A stretch of 63,999 nt of DNA, the filler included, from a bacterium (lineage in GTDB: Bacteria; UBA9089; CG2-30-40-21; SBAY01), in NCBI GenBank assembly GCA_040757115.1. It is 17 parts of 17 records of this genome, joined end to end, with 100 filler letters (N's around TTAATTAATTAA, not from the genome) between each part and the next. Parts side by side here need not be neighbours in the genome. Positions count along the whole stretch, not along the records: positions 1 to 3,908 come from JBFLYA010000309.1; positions 4,009 to 7,902 come from JBFLYA010000310.1; positions 8,003 to 11,866 come from JBFLYA010000311.1; 14 more parts are not named here. One strand, given 5' to 3'. The position numbers and the translations under genes were made by a program. The notes beneath the pieces were generated by a model, which was not told the DNA's origin, did no database searches, and saw nothing but the letters and a program-made list of their open reading frames with translations. Positions 1-9,061 of the stretch are shown piece by piece; the stretch's first letter is position 1, and every line of letters starts with the position of its first letter.

Positions 1-707
1 TTTATCCAGAAGTAATACATAGTATCAGCAAAGATGTTTTTTCTCTCTGGAAATTTTGTTTGACCAGTCTTGATTTCATAACTTTCAGTATCTTCAAACT
101 GATATTGCTCATAAAGACTTTGCGGCTCTTGGGTCTGTAATTTCTCTGAAACTTCTTTTATTACAGCAGAAGGAGTTTCTTTTTTGCTTTCGGAATACTT
201 CTTCAAGCAGTGGGGACATAAAGTTCTGTAATATTTTTTTATTTCATCTGCTATCGAAACTTCTAATTTTTTGAAGCCTTCCTTGAGTAAATTAATATCC
301 ACAGGCTCAACCATCTTCTTGACAAGAAACCAGGCAACAGGATTTAAATCCTGTGCGACGACTTTACATCCGAGTCTTAAAGCTTCAATGACAGTAGTGC
401 CACCACCCATCATAGAGTCAAGGACTATCTTTCCACCCAAATCCACATCTTTAAGATAAAGCCTCCAGGGATTTTCCAATTCTTCCTTTGTCACAGCACG
501 CCACATGCCATCATCTTCAAGAACCTTTGCATTTTCATCTAAAAGGCTATATAACACGATCGTTCTGAACACACTTCCCAACCTTCTTGCCCACCACTTA
601 TGGATAAAATAAATGGGACGGTATTTCTCCTTTGCATGGGCTTCTCTTTCTGCAATCTCATTAACTTGCTCAATAGGAAAATCAATTTCAATGGGTCGTT
701 GTTTCAT
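1..707 (-). CDS. DUF1156-family adenine-specific DNA methyltransferase, 5' part (cut by window edge; not in the ORF track)
   Basis: Manual translation from ATG 707: MKQRPIEIDFPIEQVNEIAEREAHAKEKYRPIYFIHKWWARRLGSVFR (DUF1156-type HKWWARR), then a SAM-binding-like VLDSMMGGGTTVIEALRLGCKVVAQDLNPVA. Confidence 0.85.
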   Translation of the reverse strand, partial: MKQRPIEIDFPIEQVNEIAEREAHAKEKYRPIYFIHKWWARRLGSVFRTIVLYSLLDENAKVLEDDGMWRAVTKEELENPWRLYLKDVDLGGKIVLDSMMGGGTTVIEALRLGCKVVAQDLNPVAWFLVKKMVEPVDINLLKEGFKKLEVSIADEIKKYYRTLCPHCLKKYSESKKETPSAVIKEVSEKLQTQEPQSLYEQYQFEDTESYEIKTGQTKFPERKNIFADTMYYFWI

Positions 708-1113
708 TTTGGGTGTCCTCTATAATCTTTAAAGTTAATTCTTCAATTCTTGATATAAATTCTTCTGCTTTTTTAAGCCATGTCTCCACATCTGATTTTT
801 CAAATTTCACAAAATCCCTATAATCACCCTTTTGTCTTCTATCAAACATATTAGAATAGAACTCGCCCCAGTTCTTTTCAATAATCCCTTTATTCACAAA
901 CTCTTTATTGAAAAGAGCACGAACTCCAGAATGTTTGGAGGATGATAAACCTTTTGTTATTAATAAGGCATTAACGGCATAAAACATAGCATAATAAATC
1001 CGATTTACCGTGGATTCCAGAGTAGCACCATTGATATACTTTTTGGCATCGGATAGAGTATTTTCTGCCTTTTCCAACCGATACTTTGCTAAATCAATAA
1101 ATTCCTGTTTCAT
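688..1113 (-). CDS. HEPN-domain protein (UPF0332 type), partner of MNT
   Basis: 141 aa with NRIYYAMFYAV...SSKHSGV...RQKGDY; start overlaps the MNT stop. Confidence 0.85.
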   Translation of the reverse strand: MKQEFIDLAKYRLEKAENTLSDAKKYINGATLESTVNRIYYAMFYAVNALLITKGLSSSKHSGVRALFNKEFVNKGIIEKNWGEFYSNMFDRRQKGDYRDFVKFEKSDVETWLKKAEEFISRIEELTLKIIEDTQNETTTH

Positions 1114-1454
1114 AAACGAATTCCTTCTCTGTCTATGTTCCAGTGAAGAGGCATAGCCTTGGCTAAAGGAGTATTCCAGAAGTCATTATTCTCTACCATC
1201 TCTCCAAAAACAACATCATACTTCAGTTCTATCTCATAAGACATATGAAAAATCTCTTCCTCTAATACAGTGTTAACCTCTTTATTAATTAGGATCAGAA
1301 CATCAATATCCGACTCCTCATCAGCATCACCCCTCGCCTTAGAACCATAAATAATAATCTCAGTGACTGGAAATCTTTCAAGAATCTTCTCTTTCAATTC
1401 CTGCAACGCTTTTATTTCGTTTTCTTTAAGGTTTAATTCTTTAAGTGCTTTCAT
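1110..1454 (-). CDS. Minimal nucleotidyltransferase (MNT)
   Basis: YGSKARGDADEESDIDVLI motif; 114 aa; directly upstream of HEPN. Confidence 0.9.
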   Translation of the reverse strand: MKALKELNLKENEIKALQELKEKILERFPVTEIIIYGSKARGDADEESDIDVLILINKEVNTVLEEEIFHMSYEIELKYDVVFGEMVENNDFWNTPLAKAMPLHWNIDREGIRL

Positions 1455-2356
1455 TTTTCCACCTCAATAACTGGAATGATACACTCCATAAGGCTCACTC
1501 CACCATGGAGATAAATATTATATTTCCCTGACACAGGCCAGATATATCGAGACTTAACCATGTAATAGCCTGAAAACTCGGCTATATAACCATCAACTAC
1601 AAGTTCTGAGAGGTCAGCCTTATCCATAGAAATAAACCGAGAACTACTGAAGGCTTCTCTCAACTTTTTCTTCTTCCCTTCAGGCACAGAAAAAGAAAAT
1701 CCTGGTTCAGAACGGATATAACCATGGTCAGATAGGATGATAAATTTCTTTGAATTAATCTTTCTTAGTAATTCAAAAACAATCTTTTCTGAGGTCTTAT
1801 ACATATTCTCAAGGTCTGAAATTACTGTTCGTCCCACCTGTATCTTGTCCAACATTGCATCAGGAAAGTAAGACCAAATATATTTCTCTTCCCCTGAAAT
1901 CCTAATTTTTTTATGATTATTGACTTCTACAAACCTACCTGAGCCTGCTAAATCAGATTTTATCTTCTCCCTGAAACTTTGGGTAGCTGATGGAATAGAT
2001 GAAAAGGAATAGTGGACTTTGGTTGCAAATCCCTCTTTTTGTAATGCGTTAAATATAAGAGCACCTTCTCGGATGCTCATTCCATCCAATACTATAAAAC
2101 AGGCATCGTCGGAAGCGTTCTTAAAAGGCGAGGGTTCGTTCAAACAGGCTCTGGGAAGTTCTTTGGTGAAAAATTCATCGTAGGTCCTTAATAAAAAATC
2201 CTCAAATAAAAAAGCCTCTTCTTCGCCACGATAGTAATAATCTCTCACATCTCCATTTGCATAACGAAGCCAGATATTGAGAAGATTTTTCCAAATATTA
2301 GGGATTAGATTATCGTCTTTAATAAGTGATTTTATAAAATCATTCTCAATCTTCAT
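1451..2356 (-). CDS. PglZ-like alkaline-phosphatase-fold protein
   Basis: IVLDGMS...ILSDHGY...HGGVSLMECIIP motifs; likely start MKIEND at 2356. Confidence 0.75.
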   Translation of the reverse strand: MKIENDFIKSLIKDDNLIPNIWKNLLNIWLRYANGDVRDYYYRGEEEAFLFEDFLLRTYDEFFTKELPRACLNEPSPFKNASDDACFIVLDGMSIREGALIFNALQKEGFATKVHYSFSSIPSATQSFREKIKSDLAGSGRFVEVNNHKKIRISGEEKYIWSYFPDAMLDKIQVGRTVISDLENMYKTSEKIVFELLRKINSKKFIILSDHGYIRSEPGFSFSVPEGKKKKLREAFSSSRFISMDKADLSELVVDGYIAEFSGYYMVKSRYIWPVSGKYNIYLHGGVSLMECIIPVIEVEK

Positions 2357-3908
2357 GTTCTCTCCATAGCTCCACTTCTCCCTCAATTTCTGCCTCTTCT
2401 TGAGGGAGTTGCTTAATAAATTTCATAATCTCCTGCTTGGGAAGCTCTTTAGCAAACTGATATTTTATATTTATCCCTGTGAATAGGTCTGTACCTTGAG
2501 TTCTTGCTTCAATCTGACTTAGTATGACACGAGGCGAATTCCCTCTTAATTGCAACTGCTTCTTTTCTCTCCTTTCGACCTGAGGTTCTTTTGCCTCCTC
2601 TGTTTTTACATATCCTGTTTCTTCTCCACATTCACGAATTTCACCTACACCTGTCTCAATTATCTCTTCTGCAGGAGCATACTTGGGATCAAAGATAACA
2701 AAGTCAAATTCCAAATTCCTGGGTATCTCATCTATGTACCATTTCCCTCTGTCCCCCTGTATTACCAGTCTTTTATCTCTATGAAGGTTTCTTATAGCAC
2801 TGAAAACAATTTCATCATCCAAAACTAAAGGAAATCTTCTGAACTTCTTAAAATCGTTTATTATGAATTCAAGCCTAACGCCTTCAGCTTTATCCTTTAC
2901 TTCCTGAAGTATAAAATCACCAATTAAGGAAGAATCACTTCCAGATTTTTCTCTTACGATACTTATGTCAGGGCTTACATTAATCAATCTTGGAACAAGT
3001 TCCTTTTCCCTTGCTACCCATTTTACTATTCGTCCATAAGATGCTTTGATTTTTTCTGCTATCTGCTCTCTTTCCTCAGTGACTAATTTTTGAATCTTTC
3101 TCTCTTTATCCTCAAATTGTCCTTGTAAATTTTCTCCTGCCAGAAGACGTCTCGTTTTTTCAATAATCTCGTAAGATGAGAGAATACTATCAATGTTAGG
3201 CAATATCACAATATAGGTATTTTGCCAGTTCTTACCCTGATAGAATTCAGCTAATTTATTTTTGAGAGTATCGTTTTCGCCCCACGATTCTAAAGATACT
3301 ATCATCTTAATTTTGCTATCGTCAGAAATAGTTTCAAATCCGTAAATGAATACCTTATTCTCAAAGGCATCCTTTTTGGCAATCTCAGCGATTTTATTTT
3401 TAATGTCTTCGTCTGTGATATTTTTCTTCTCCTTCTCCATTAAAGCAAAGATATTCAGGTCCTGCTTAAAAAGATAAAAGTCTCCTTCTTTGTGAAGATA
3501 GTGTGGTTTACCGTATATGTTTTCTAAGTCCATTATAAGTGCATTCAGTGTCTGCCCTTGGGTAGGGCTAAAAACCGAGAGAAGAACATCAGATTCAGTT
3601 GCACCTATGGTTTTATCATTAAGGGTGAAGACCAAAATGGACCTTAATATTTCAGATCCGTATGAAATGTCTTTTACTCTTTCAAGGTCATAGTTATATT
3701 TTTCTACCAATCGAAGGTCTATGCCCCTGAAGGCATTTTCATCCAGGTCACGGATTAAAAGGAGGTCTTTCTTATCGTAGTTTTCCTTTATCATATCAGC
3801 CAGAATATTCATCATCCCCCGTATATCCTGCCTTTCAGTAGCAGCCTCATAAACCTGTGTCAAGGTTTCCAGAAGCAAGGGATGGAAGGGATATATTTCA
3901 GTCATCCT
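2346..3908 (-). CDS. DUF499/BrxC-like AAA+ ATPase, C-terminal part (5' end lost at contig edge)
   Basis: YPFHP motif near the start of the fragment; long helical C-terminus; operon with PglZ-like and DUF1156 genes. Confidence 0.7.
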   Translation of the reverse strand, partial: RMTEIYPFHPLLLETLTQVYEAATERQDIRGMMNILADMIKENYDKKDLLLIRDLDENAFRGIDLRLVEKYNYDLERVKDISYGSEILRSILVFTLNDKTIGATESDVLLSVFSPTQGQTLNALIMDLENIYGKPHYLHKEGDFYLFKQDLNIFALMEKEKKNITDEDIKNKIAEIAKKDAFENKVFIYGFETISDDSKIKMIVSLESWGENDTLKNKLAEFYQGKNWQNTYIVILPNIDSILSSYEIIEKTRRLLAGENLQGQFEDKERKIQKLVTEEREQIAEKIKASYGRIVKWVAREKELVPRLINVSPDISIVREKSGSDSSLIGDFILQEVKDKAEGVRLEFIINDFKKFRRFPLVLDDEIVFSAIRNLHRDKRLVIQGDRGKWYIDEIPRNLEFDFVIFDPKYAPAEEIIETGVGEIRECGEETGYVKTEEAKEPQVERREKKQLQLRGNSPRVILSQIEARTQGTDLFTGINIKYQFAKELPKQEIMKFIKQLPQEEAEIEGEVELWREHED

Positions 3909-4008
3909 NNNNNNNNNNNNNNNNNNNNNNNNNNNNNNNNNNNNNNNNNNNNTTAATTAATTAANNNNNNNNNNNNNNNNNNNNNNNNNNNNNNNNNNNN
4001 NNNNNNNN
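3909..4008. other. Artificial contig spacer (Ns around TTAATTAATTAA). Same spacer at 7903, 11867, 15802, 19725, 23634, 27500, 31346, 35159, 38969, 42743, 46511, 50269, 54007, 57742, 61466
   Basis: Identical 100-nt linker with stops in all six frames; contig lengths fall steadily from about 3.9 to 3.6 kb. Confidence 0.98.
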
Positions 4009-4364
4009 ATTAACAAAGTAGCTGGAGAATATTTTGATTTTTGATTTGTAATTTTACATTTTGATGTTTGATTTTTAATTTATTTTATGGTATTCCAGAA
4101 AAGTGGAAGTTAATTTTGCAAAAACCATAAGGTTCACACTACATTTATGGAATATCACAGATTAATTCGTGTCCTTAAGTGATTAATTTCTTTAATTCTC
4201 TGTGAACTCTGTGCCTCTGTGGCTGAACGATTACATAAAGCAAGGTAAGCGTTCAGCCATCAACGGTCAGCATTCAGTGTCAGTTAAGGAATTCAACCTT
4301 TCTTCACTGACACTGTTCACTAACACTGGTTACCATTTACCAAAAATAAGAGAGGTGATTTTTT

Positions 4365-5463
4365 ATGTGGAATGAAATAGGAATAGAATTAGAGAAATTA
4401 CTCAAGACAATATTAGAAATGGGTGACTATCTTTGAAGTATCTAAGATTAAAAAGGAAATAACTAATCTTCAGAATGAATCATTTAAACCTGATTTCTGG
4501 CAGGATGCGGTTACGGCTCAGGCGAAAATGCAACAATTAAGCACCTTGAAAGATAAAATTGAACCTTATGAGAAAATTTACAAAGAGATAGATGAACTAA
4601 AGGTATTATTTGACTTAGGTCAGGAAGAGAATGATGCACTTACCTATAATGAAATAGCTAAAAGATTACCTCTTTTAAAAAAAGAGGTAGAGGAATTAGA
4701 ATTTAAAAGGATATTTTCGGGTGAGCATGATAAGAGTAATGCCTATTTATCTATTCATCCGGGTGCAGGGGGAACAGAATCTTGTGATTGGGCGGCAATG
4801 TTACTCAGAATGTATTTAAGATGGGCTGAGGAGAAAAAATTTACAACACAAACCCTCGAGTTCTTACCTGGTGAAGAAGCAGGTGTAAAAAGTGTTACGA
4901 TTTTTGTCAAGGGAAAATATGCCTACGGCTATTTAAAAGCAGAAAAAGGAGTCCATCGCCTGGTAAGAATCTCTCCATTTGATGCGAATAAAAGACGACA
5001 TACCTCTTTTGCCTCAGTTTTTGTTATGCCTGAGGTAGAAGAATTAGAAGTAGAAATTAATGAAGATGATTTAAGGATTGATACATTCAGGTCAAGTGGA
5101 CCCGGTGGGCAACATGTCAATGTTACAGATTCAGCTGTTCGAATTACACATCTGCCAACAGGTATTGTTGTTAGTTGTCAATCAGAGCGTTCCCAGTATA
5201 AAAATAAGGCAAATGCTATGTCTATCCTTCGCTCAAGAATATATGAATATTATGAAGAAGAACAAAAAGAACAATTATCTAAAATCGGAGGAGAAAAACA
5301 GGAAATAGGGTGGGGGAGTCAAATTCGCTCTTATGTCTTCCAACCGTATACAATGGTAAAAGACCACCGCAGTAATCTGGAAATAGGTAATGGACAGCGA
5401 GTTATGGATGGCTGGATAGACCCATTTATTGAGGCATATTTACGAATGAATAAAAAAGGATAA
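4365..5463 (+). CDS. prfB: Peptide chain release factor 2 with programmed +1 frameshift
   Basis: SPF and GGQ motifs. Upstream frame from ATG 4365 (RBS GAGGTG) reads MWNEIGIELEKLLKTILEMGDYL to CTT TGA at 4431-4436 and continues in the +1 frame. Confidence 0.95.
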
Positions 5464-5731
5464 CCGTTTAGGTGGTAATTTACCGCAGAGACGCAGAGGA
5501 ACAGAGAAGATATAGAAATAAATTAGATTACATAAAAGATTATTGATTAAGACATGGAAATACACAGGACCTGCTTGCCGAATGTTCCACAGGCAAGCCA
5601 GATTTGTTAATCAATTTTAATGTTGTTGTACTCAAGAGCTTGCCCTGATGAAAATCAGGGATGTTAAGCGTCTCGTCCATAGATTTTATTTTTTTTCTGT
5701 GCGTCTCTGTGTCTCTGCGGTGAACAGTTAC
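5460..5731 (+). mobile_element. GTAA-ended non-autonomous element with an internally deleted GxxExxY gene remnant (related copies 13554-13640, 38771-38836, 48049-48304, 57616-57741)
   Basis: Ends TAACCGTTTAG/GTGAACAGTTAC; inner inverted CCGCAGAGACGCAGAG/CTCTGTGTCTCTGCGG; decayed coding for (M)EINxITxKII..MEIHRT and LLINFNVVVLK..KRLV. Confidence 0.7.
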
Positions 5732-5767
5732 GAATACTTCAAAAAAAAGGAAAGGAGGAATAGTCAA

Positions 5768-6553
5768 ATGAAGAATTTCATTGTTGCTTTACAATTTCTG
5801 ACCATGATTACTCTTAGTTCCAAAAAGTTTAAATTTTTATCCAACGAGGAGTTAGCTAATTCTATGGTTTATTTTCCTATCATTGGATTAATGATAGGTT
5901 CTTTTCTCGTAATTATCAACTACATTCTGGGTTTATTTTTACCCGATTTAGTCGTTGATGTGTTTCTAATTATTAGTTTAATATTTGTTACCAGAGGATT
6001 ACATTTAGATGGTTTTGCCGATACTATTGATGGATTTTCTTTTGGTGGAACAAAGGAAGAAATTTTAACGATAATGTCTGATAGTCGCATTGGGGCAATG
6101 GGTGCTATCGGCATATTTTGTTTGCTAATAACTAAACTCTTTCTTATTTATGAAATGCCTATTGAAATTAAAAATATTGCTTTAATTATAATGCCTGTGT
6201 TAGGTAGATGGGTAATGGTTATGGCCGCCGCATCTTCTAACTATGCTAAAGAAAATGTAGAAGGATTAGGAAAACCTTTTACTGATTATGTTGGAACAAA
6301 AGAATTTGCCATCGCCACTATCATTATGGTTTTAATTGGCTGGGGATTATTTAGCCTTGAATCAAGATATTATAAAGGAGTAATATTAATTTTAATCATC
6401 TATATAATTAATTTATACCTTCTAACAAATATTAAAAGAAAACTCAATGGTATCACCGGCGATATTTTAGGGGCACTATGTGAAATAACTGAAGTATTGG
6501 TATTATTCTTAATAATGGGCATTAGTGCAATAGAAAAAAACCTTGACTTTTAA
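5768..6553 (+). CDS. cobS: Adenosylcobinamide-GDP ribazoletransferase (cobalamin synthase)
   Basis: GLHLDGFADTIDG, MSDSRIGAMG and GITGDILGA motifs; start after RBS AGGAGG. Confidence 0.92.
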   Translation: MKNFIVALQFLTMITLSSKKFKFLSNEELANSMVYFPIIGLMIGSFLVIINYILGLFLPDLVVDVFLIISLIFVTRGLHLDGFADTIDGFSFGGTKEEILTIMSDSRIGAMGAIGIFCLLITKLFLIYEMPIEIKNIALIIMPVLGRWVMVMAAASSNYAKENVEGLGKPFTDYVGTKEFAIATIIMVLIGWGLFSLESRYYKGVILILIIYIINLYLLTNIKRKLNGITGDILGALCEITEVLVLFLIMGISAIEKNLDF

Positions 6554-6578
6554 TATAAATTATGATATGATGAAAAAG

Positions 6579-7211
6579 ATGAAAAAACAACTATTATTCA
6601 TAGTTATGTTGGGTTTAATTGGATGTGTTAAAGAAACACAAGAAATAAAAGCCGTAGAAGAAAACTTAAAAGGGAATAGGGTATTAATGATAATTGCCTC
6701 GTCTAATTTCAGAGATGAGGAATATCTGGTGCCAGTTGATATTTTAAAATCTTATGGAATAGAAATAATAACTGCTTGTTCATCACTACAAGTAAGCACT
6801 GGAATGCTTGGGGCAAAGGTTACACCAGATATACTTTTGACAAAGGTGAAGGTAGAAGATTATGATGCCATCGTTTTTGTTGGCGGCACAGGTTCATCTG
6901 AATATTGGGAAGATAAAACTGCACATCATCTTATTCTCGAGGCAATATCTCAAAATAAGATTTTAGCCGCAATATGCATTGCACCAGTAACCCTGGCTAA
7001 CGCTGGTGTCTTAAACGGAAAAAGTGCCACTGTATTTTTTACCGAAGCAGATAGATTAAAGGAAAAAGGAGCAAACTATAGTGGTAAAGATGTAGTCATA
7101 GATGAGAATATCATCACGGCTAATGGACCCCAGTCCGCAGAAAAATTCGCTCAAGCAATTGTTAATCTTCTTAGCCCAAAAATATTACCAGTAAAAGATG
7201 AAAAGAGGTAA
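6579..7211 (+). CDS. DJ-1/PfpI family protein with a putative lipoprotein signal
   Basis: FRDEEY, FVGGTG, AAICIAP (nucleophile Cys), ITANGP; N-terminal MKKQLLFIVMLGLIGC lipobox-like. Confidence 0.85.
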   Translation: MKKQLLFIVMLGLIGCVKETQEIKAVEENLKGNRVLMIIASSNFRDEEYLVPVDILKSYGIEIITACSSLQVSTGMLGAKVTPDILLTKVKVEDYDAIVFVGGTGSSEYWEDKTAHHLILEAISQNKILAAICIAPVTLANAGVLNGKSATVFFTEADRLKEKGANYSGKDVVIDENIITANGPQSAEKFAQAIVNLLSPKILPVKDEKR

Positions 7212-7217
7212 CTATTT

Positions 7218-7769
7218 ATGTCTACTCCTATCGCTCATTCTTTAGCTGGAATAAATGTTTATTTAGTTTCTAAAAACAAAAATACCCTTAATAATAGATT
7301 ACTTATCTTATATTGCTTAATTGTCTCAAATTTGCCAGATATTGATTTTTTTTGTATTACAACCGATGGAATTAAATGGAGTGCTCTTTACCATCATCAG
7401 GTTACTCATTCAATAATATTTATTCTTATTTTAAGTTTAATTGCCTGGTTTACTGGTGGTCGAAGGTTAGGAATAATTACATTGTGGTGTCTTGGATTAC
7501 ATAATTTAATAGATTATTTTACCTTTGATACAATACCTCCAAAAGGGATAATGTTATTATATCCATTTTCAAAACAGTATTTTATATCTCCAGTGACCTT
7601 TTGGTTTGGCTGTGAACATCAAACATTAGGAGATACAGTCTCATTTTACAGCTTAATTAGTATGGGATATGATTTAATTACGGTTGGATTGATTACCTTC
7701 ATAGTTATAATATCAAAAAGAATCTATGAATTTAGGGTTCTGCAAAATAGGATTGGGGAGAGACAATAA
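7218..7769 (+). CDS. Membrane-bound metal-dependent hydrolase (YdjM/DUF457-like)
   Basis: MSTPIAHS, SNLPDID, HHQVTHS, LHNLIDY, GIMLLYPFS motifs; last ~12 codons come from a MITE end starting at 7733. Confidence 0.8.
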   Translation: MSTPIAHSLAGINVYLVSKNKNTLNNRLLILYCLIVSNLPDIDFFCITTDGIKWSALYHHQVTHSIIFILILSLIAWFTGGRRLGIITLWCLGLHNLIDYFTFDTIPPKGIMLLYPFSKQYFISPVTFWFGCEHQTLGDTVSFYSLISMGYDLITVGLITFIVIISKRIYEFRVLQNRIGERQ

Positions 7770-8008
7770 ATAAATATTAAATATTAAATATCAAATATCA
7801 AATATAAATATCAAAATGCAAAATTACAAATCAAATTTCAAATTGGTAATATCTTTGCTTCAAGTATTTTAACGCTGAAAGGGAAGAGATAATTTTTAGT
7901 TGNNNNNNNNNNNNNNNNNNNNNNNNNNNNNNNNNNNNNNNNNNNNTTAATTAATTAANNNNNNNNNNNNNNNNNNNNNNNNNNNNNNNNNNNNNNNNNN
8001 NNCACGAA

Positions 8009-8095
8009 GTGAAATTTGATGAATTATCGAATAGAGTCATTGGATGCGCTATAGCGGTGCATCGAACTCTTGGGCCAGGTTTGCTTGACACCGTG
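8009..8095 (+). pseudogene. GxxExxY gene N-terminal remnant (second copy 23734-23765)
   Basis: Translates VKFDELSNRVIGCAIAVHRTLGPGLLDT, then runs into heptamer repeats. Confidence 0.75.
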
Positions 8096-8278
8096 AAGAG
8101 TGATAATTCACCATTCACCATTCACCATTATTAAGGAAATTTAGGGAAGAAATTGTGAATTGTGAATGGTGAATTATGAATGGTGAATAGTTACCAATTT
8201 TTTTAATAATATCTCCCTATCTCCTTAATCTCCACATCTCCTTTTGTTACACCACCTGAACGCTTACCAAAAAGATTT

Positions 8279-8343
8279 GTAGTGCGAGGCTTTAGCCTCG
8301 CTTCTGGCAAGCAGGAAAGCGAACTTAAAGGTTCGCGCACTAC
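8279..8343. repeat. GTAG-type REP doublet (copy at 10742-10804; partial copies near 4125-4143 and 19622)
   Basis: GTAG-tGCGAGGC-TTTA-GCCTCGC ... GCGAAC-TTAAAG-GTTCGC..CTAC: two hairpins bounded by GTAG/CTAC. Confidence 0.7.
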
Positions 8344-8503
8344 ATTTATCGAATGTCAGAGGTTAATTCGTATCCATTTGTGGCTAATTTCCTTAATTCT
8401 CTGTGAACTCTGTGTCTCTGTGGCTGAACGCTTACCTCTTCAGAACTGGTGCCTAAAAGTTTTTCTTGCATTCTTCAAGGATAATATGGTATAATTCATA
8501 GAT

Positions 8504-9049
8504 ATGAGACTTATTGTTGGATTAGGGAATCCGGGATTAGATTATGCCCAAACAAGGCATAATGTTGGATTTAAGGTCATCAATAGCCTGGCTAAATTGA
8601 ATAAGATTGAACTTAAAGGAAGAAAATATAAATCAAGAATGGGACAGAATAACGAGGTCATCCTGGCTAAACCAATGACCTATGTTAATCTTAGCGGTGA
8701 GGCAGTTGAATTGTTAGTCCGTCATTTTCAAATTAACCTTGCAGATTTAGTGGTCATATACGATGATATAAACCTACCTGTGGGTAAAATCAGGATTCGC
8801 AAAGAAGGTAGTGCCGGCGGACATAATGGAATGAAATCCATCATTGAAAAATTAGGTAGTCAACAATTCCCTCGAATCCGTGTAGGTATCGGTTCACCAC
8901 CTCCTGAAATCGAATTTCGCCACTATGTTCTTTCTAATTGGACACCACAAGAAAAAGAAATAATCGAAGAGGCAACAAAAAGAGTTGTTCAGGCTATAAT
9001 CTGTATCATTGAAGAAGGAATTGATATAGCTATGAATAAGTTTAATTAG
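8504..9049 (+). CDS. pth: Peptidyl-tRNA hydrolase
   Basis: LIVGLGNPG, TRHNVGF, GSAGGHNG motifs. Confidence 0.97.
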   Translation: MRLIVGLGNPGLDYAQTRHNVGFKVINSLAKLNKIELKGRKYKSRMGQNNEVILAKPMTYVNLSGEAVELLVRHFQINLADLVVIYDDINLPVGKIRIRKEGSAGGHNGMKSIIEKLGSQQFPRIRVGIGSPPPEIEFRHYVLSNWTPQEKEIIEEATKRVVQAIICIIEEGIDIAMNKFN

Positions 9050-9061
9050 GAGTTAGGATTT

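Noticed and set aside
2550-2828. Short antisense or overlapping ORFs (e.g. 2550, 26031, 28590, 39521, 52048, 59192)
   Set aside because: Shadows of well-supported genes with no recognisable motifs.
3909-4008. Recurring TTAATTAATTAA motif, and ORFs ending in X...LIN
   Set aside because: Artificial contig linker, not biological.
8282-8494. 70-aa ORF resembling the N-terminus of ORF 10809
   Set aside because: Both are translations of the same non-coding repeat element.
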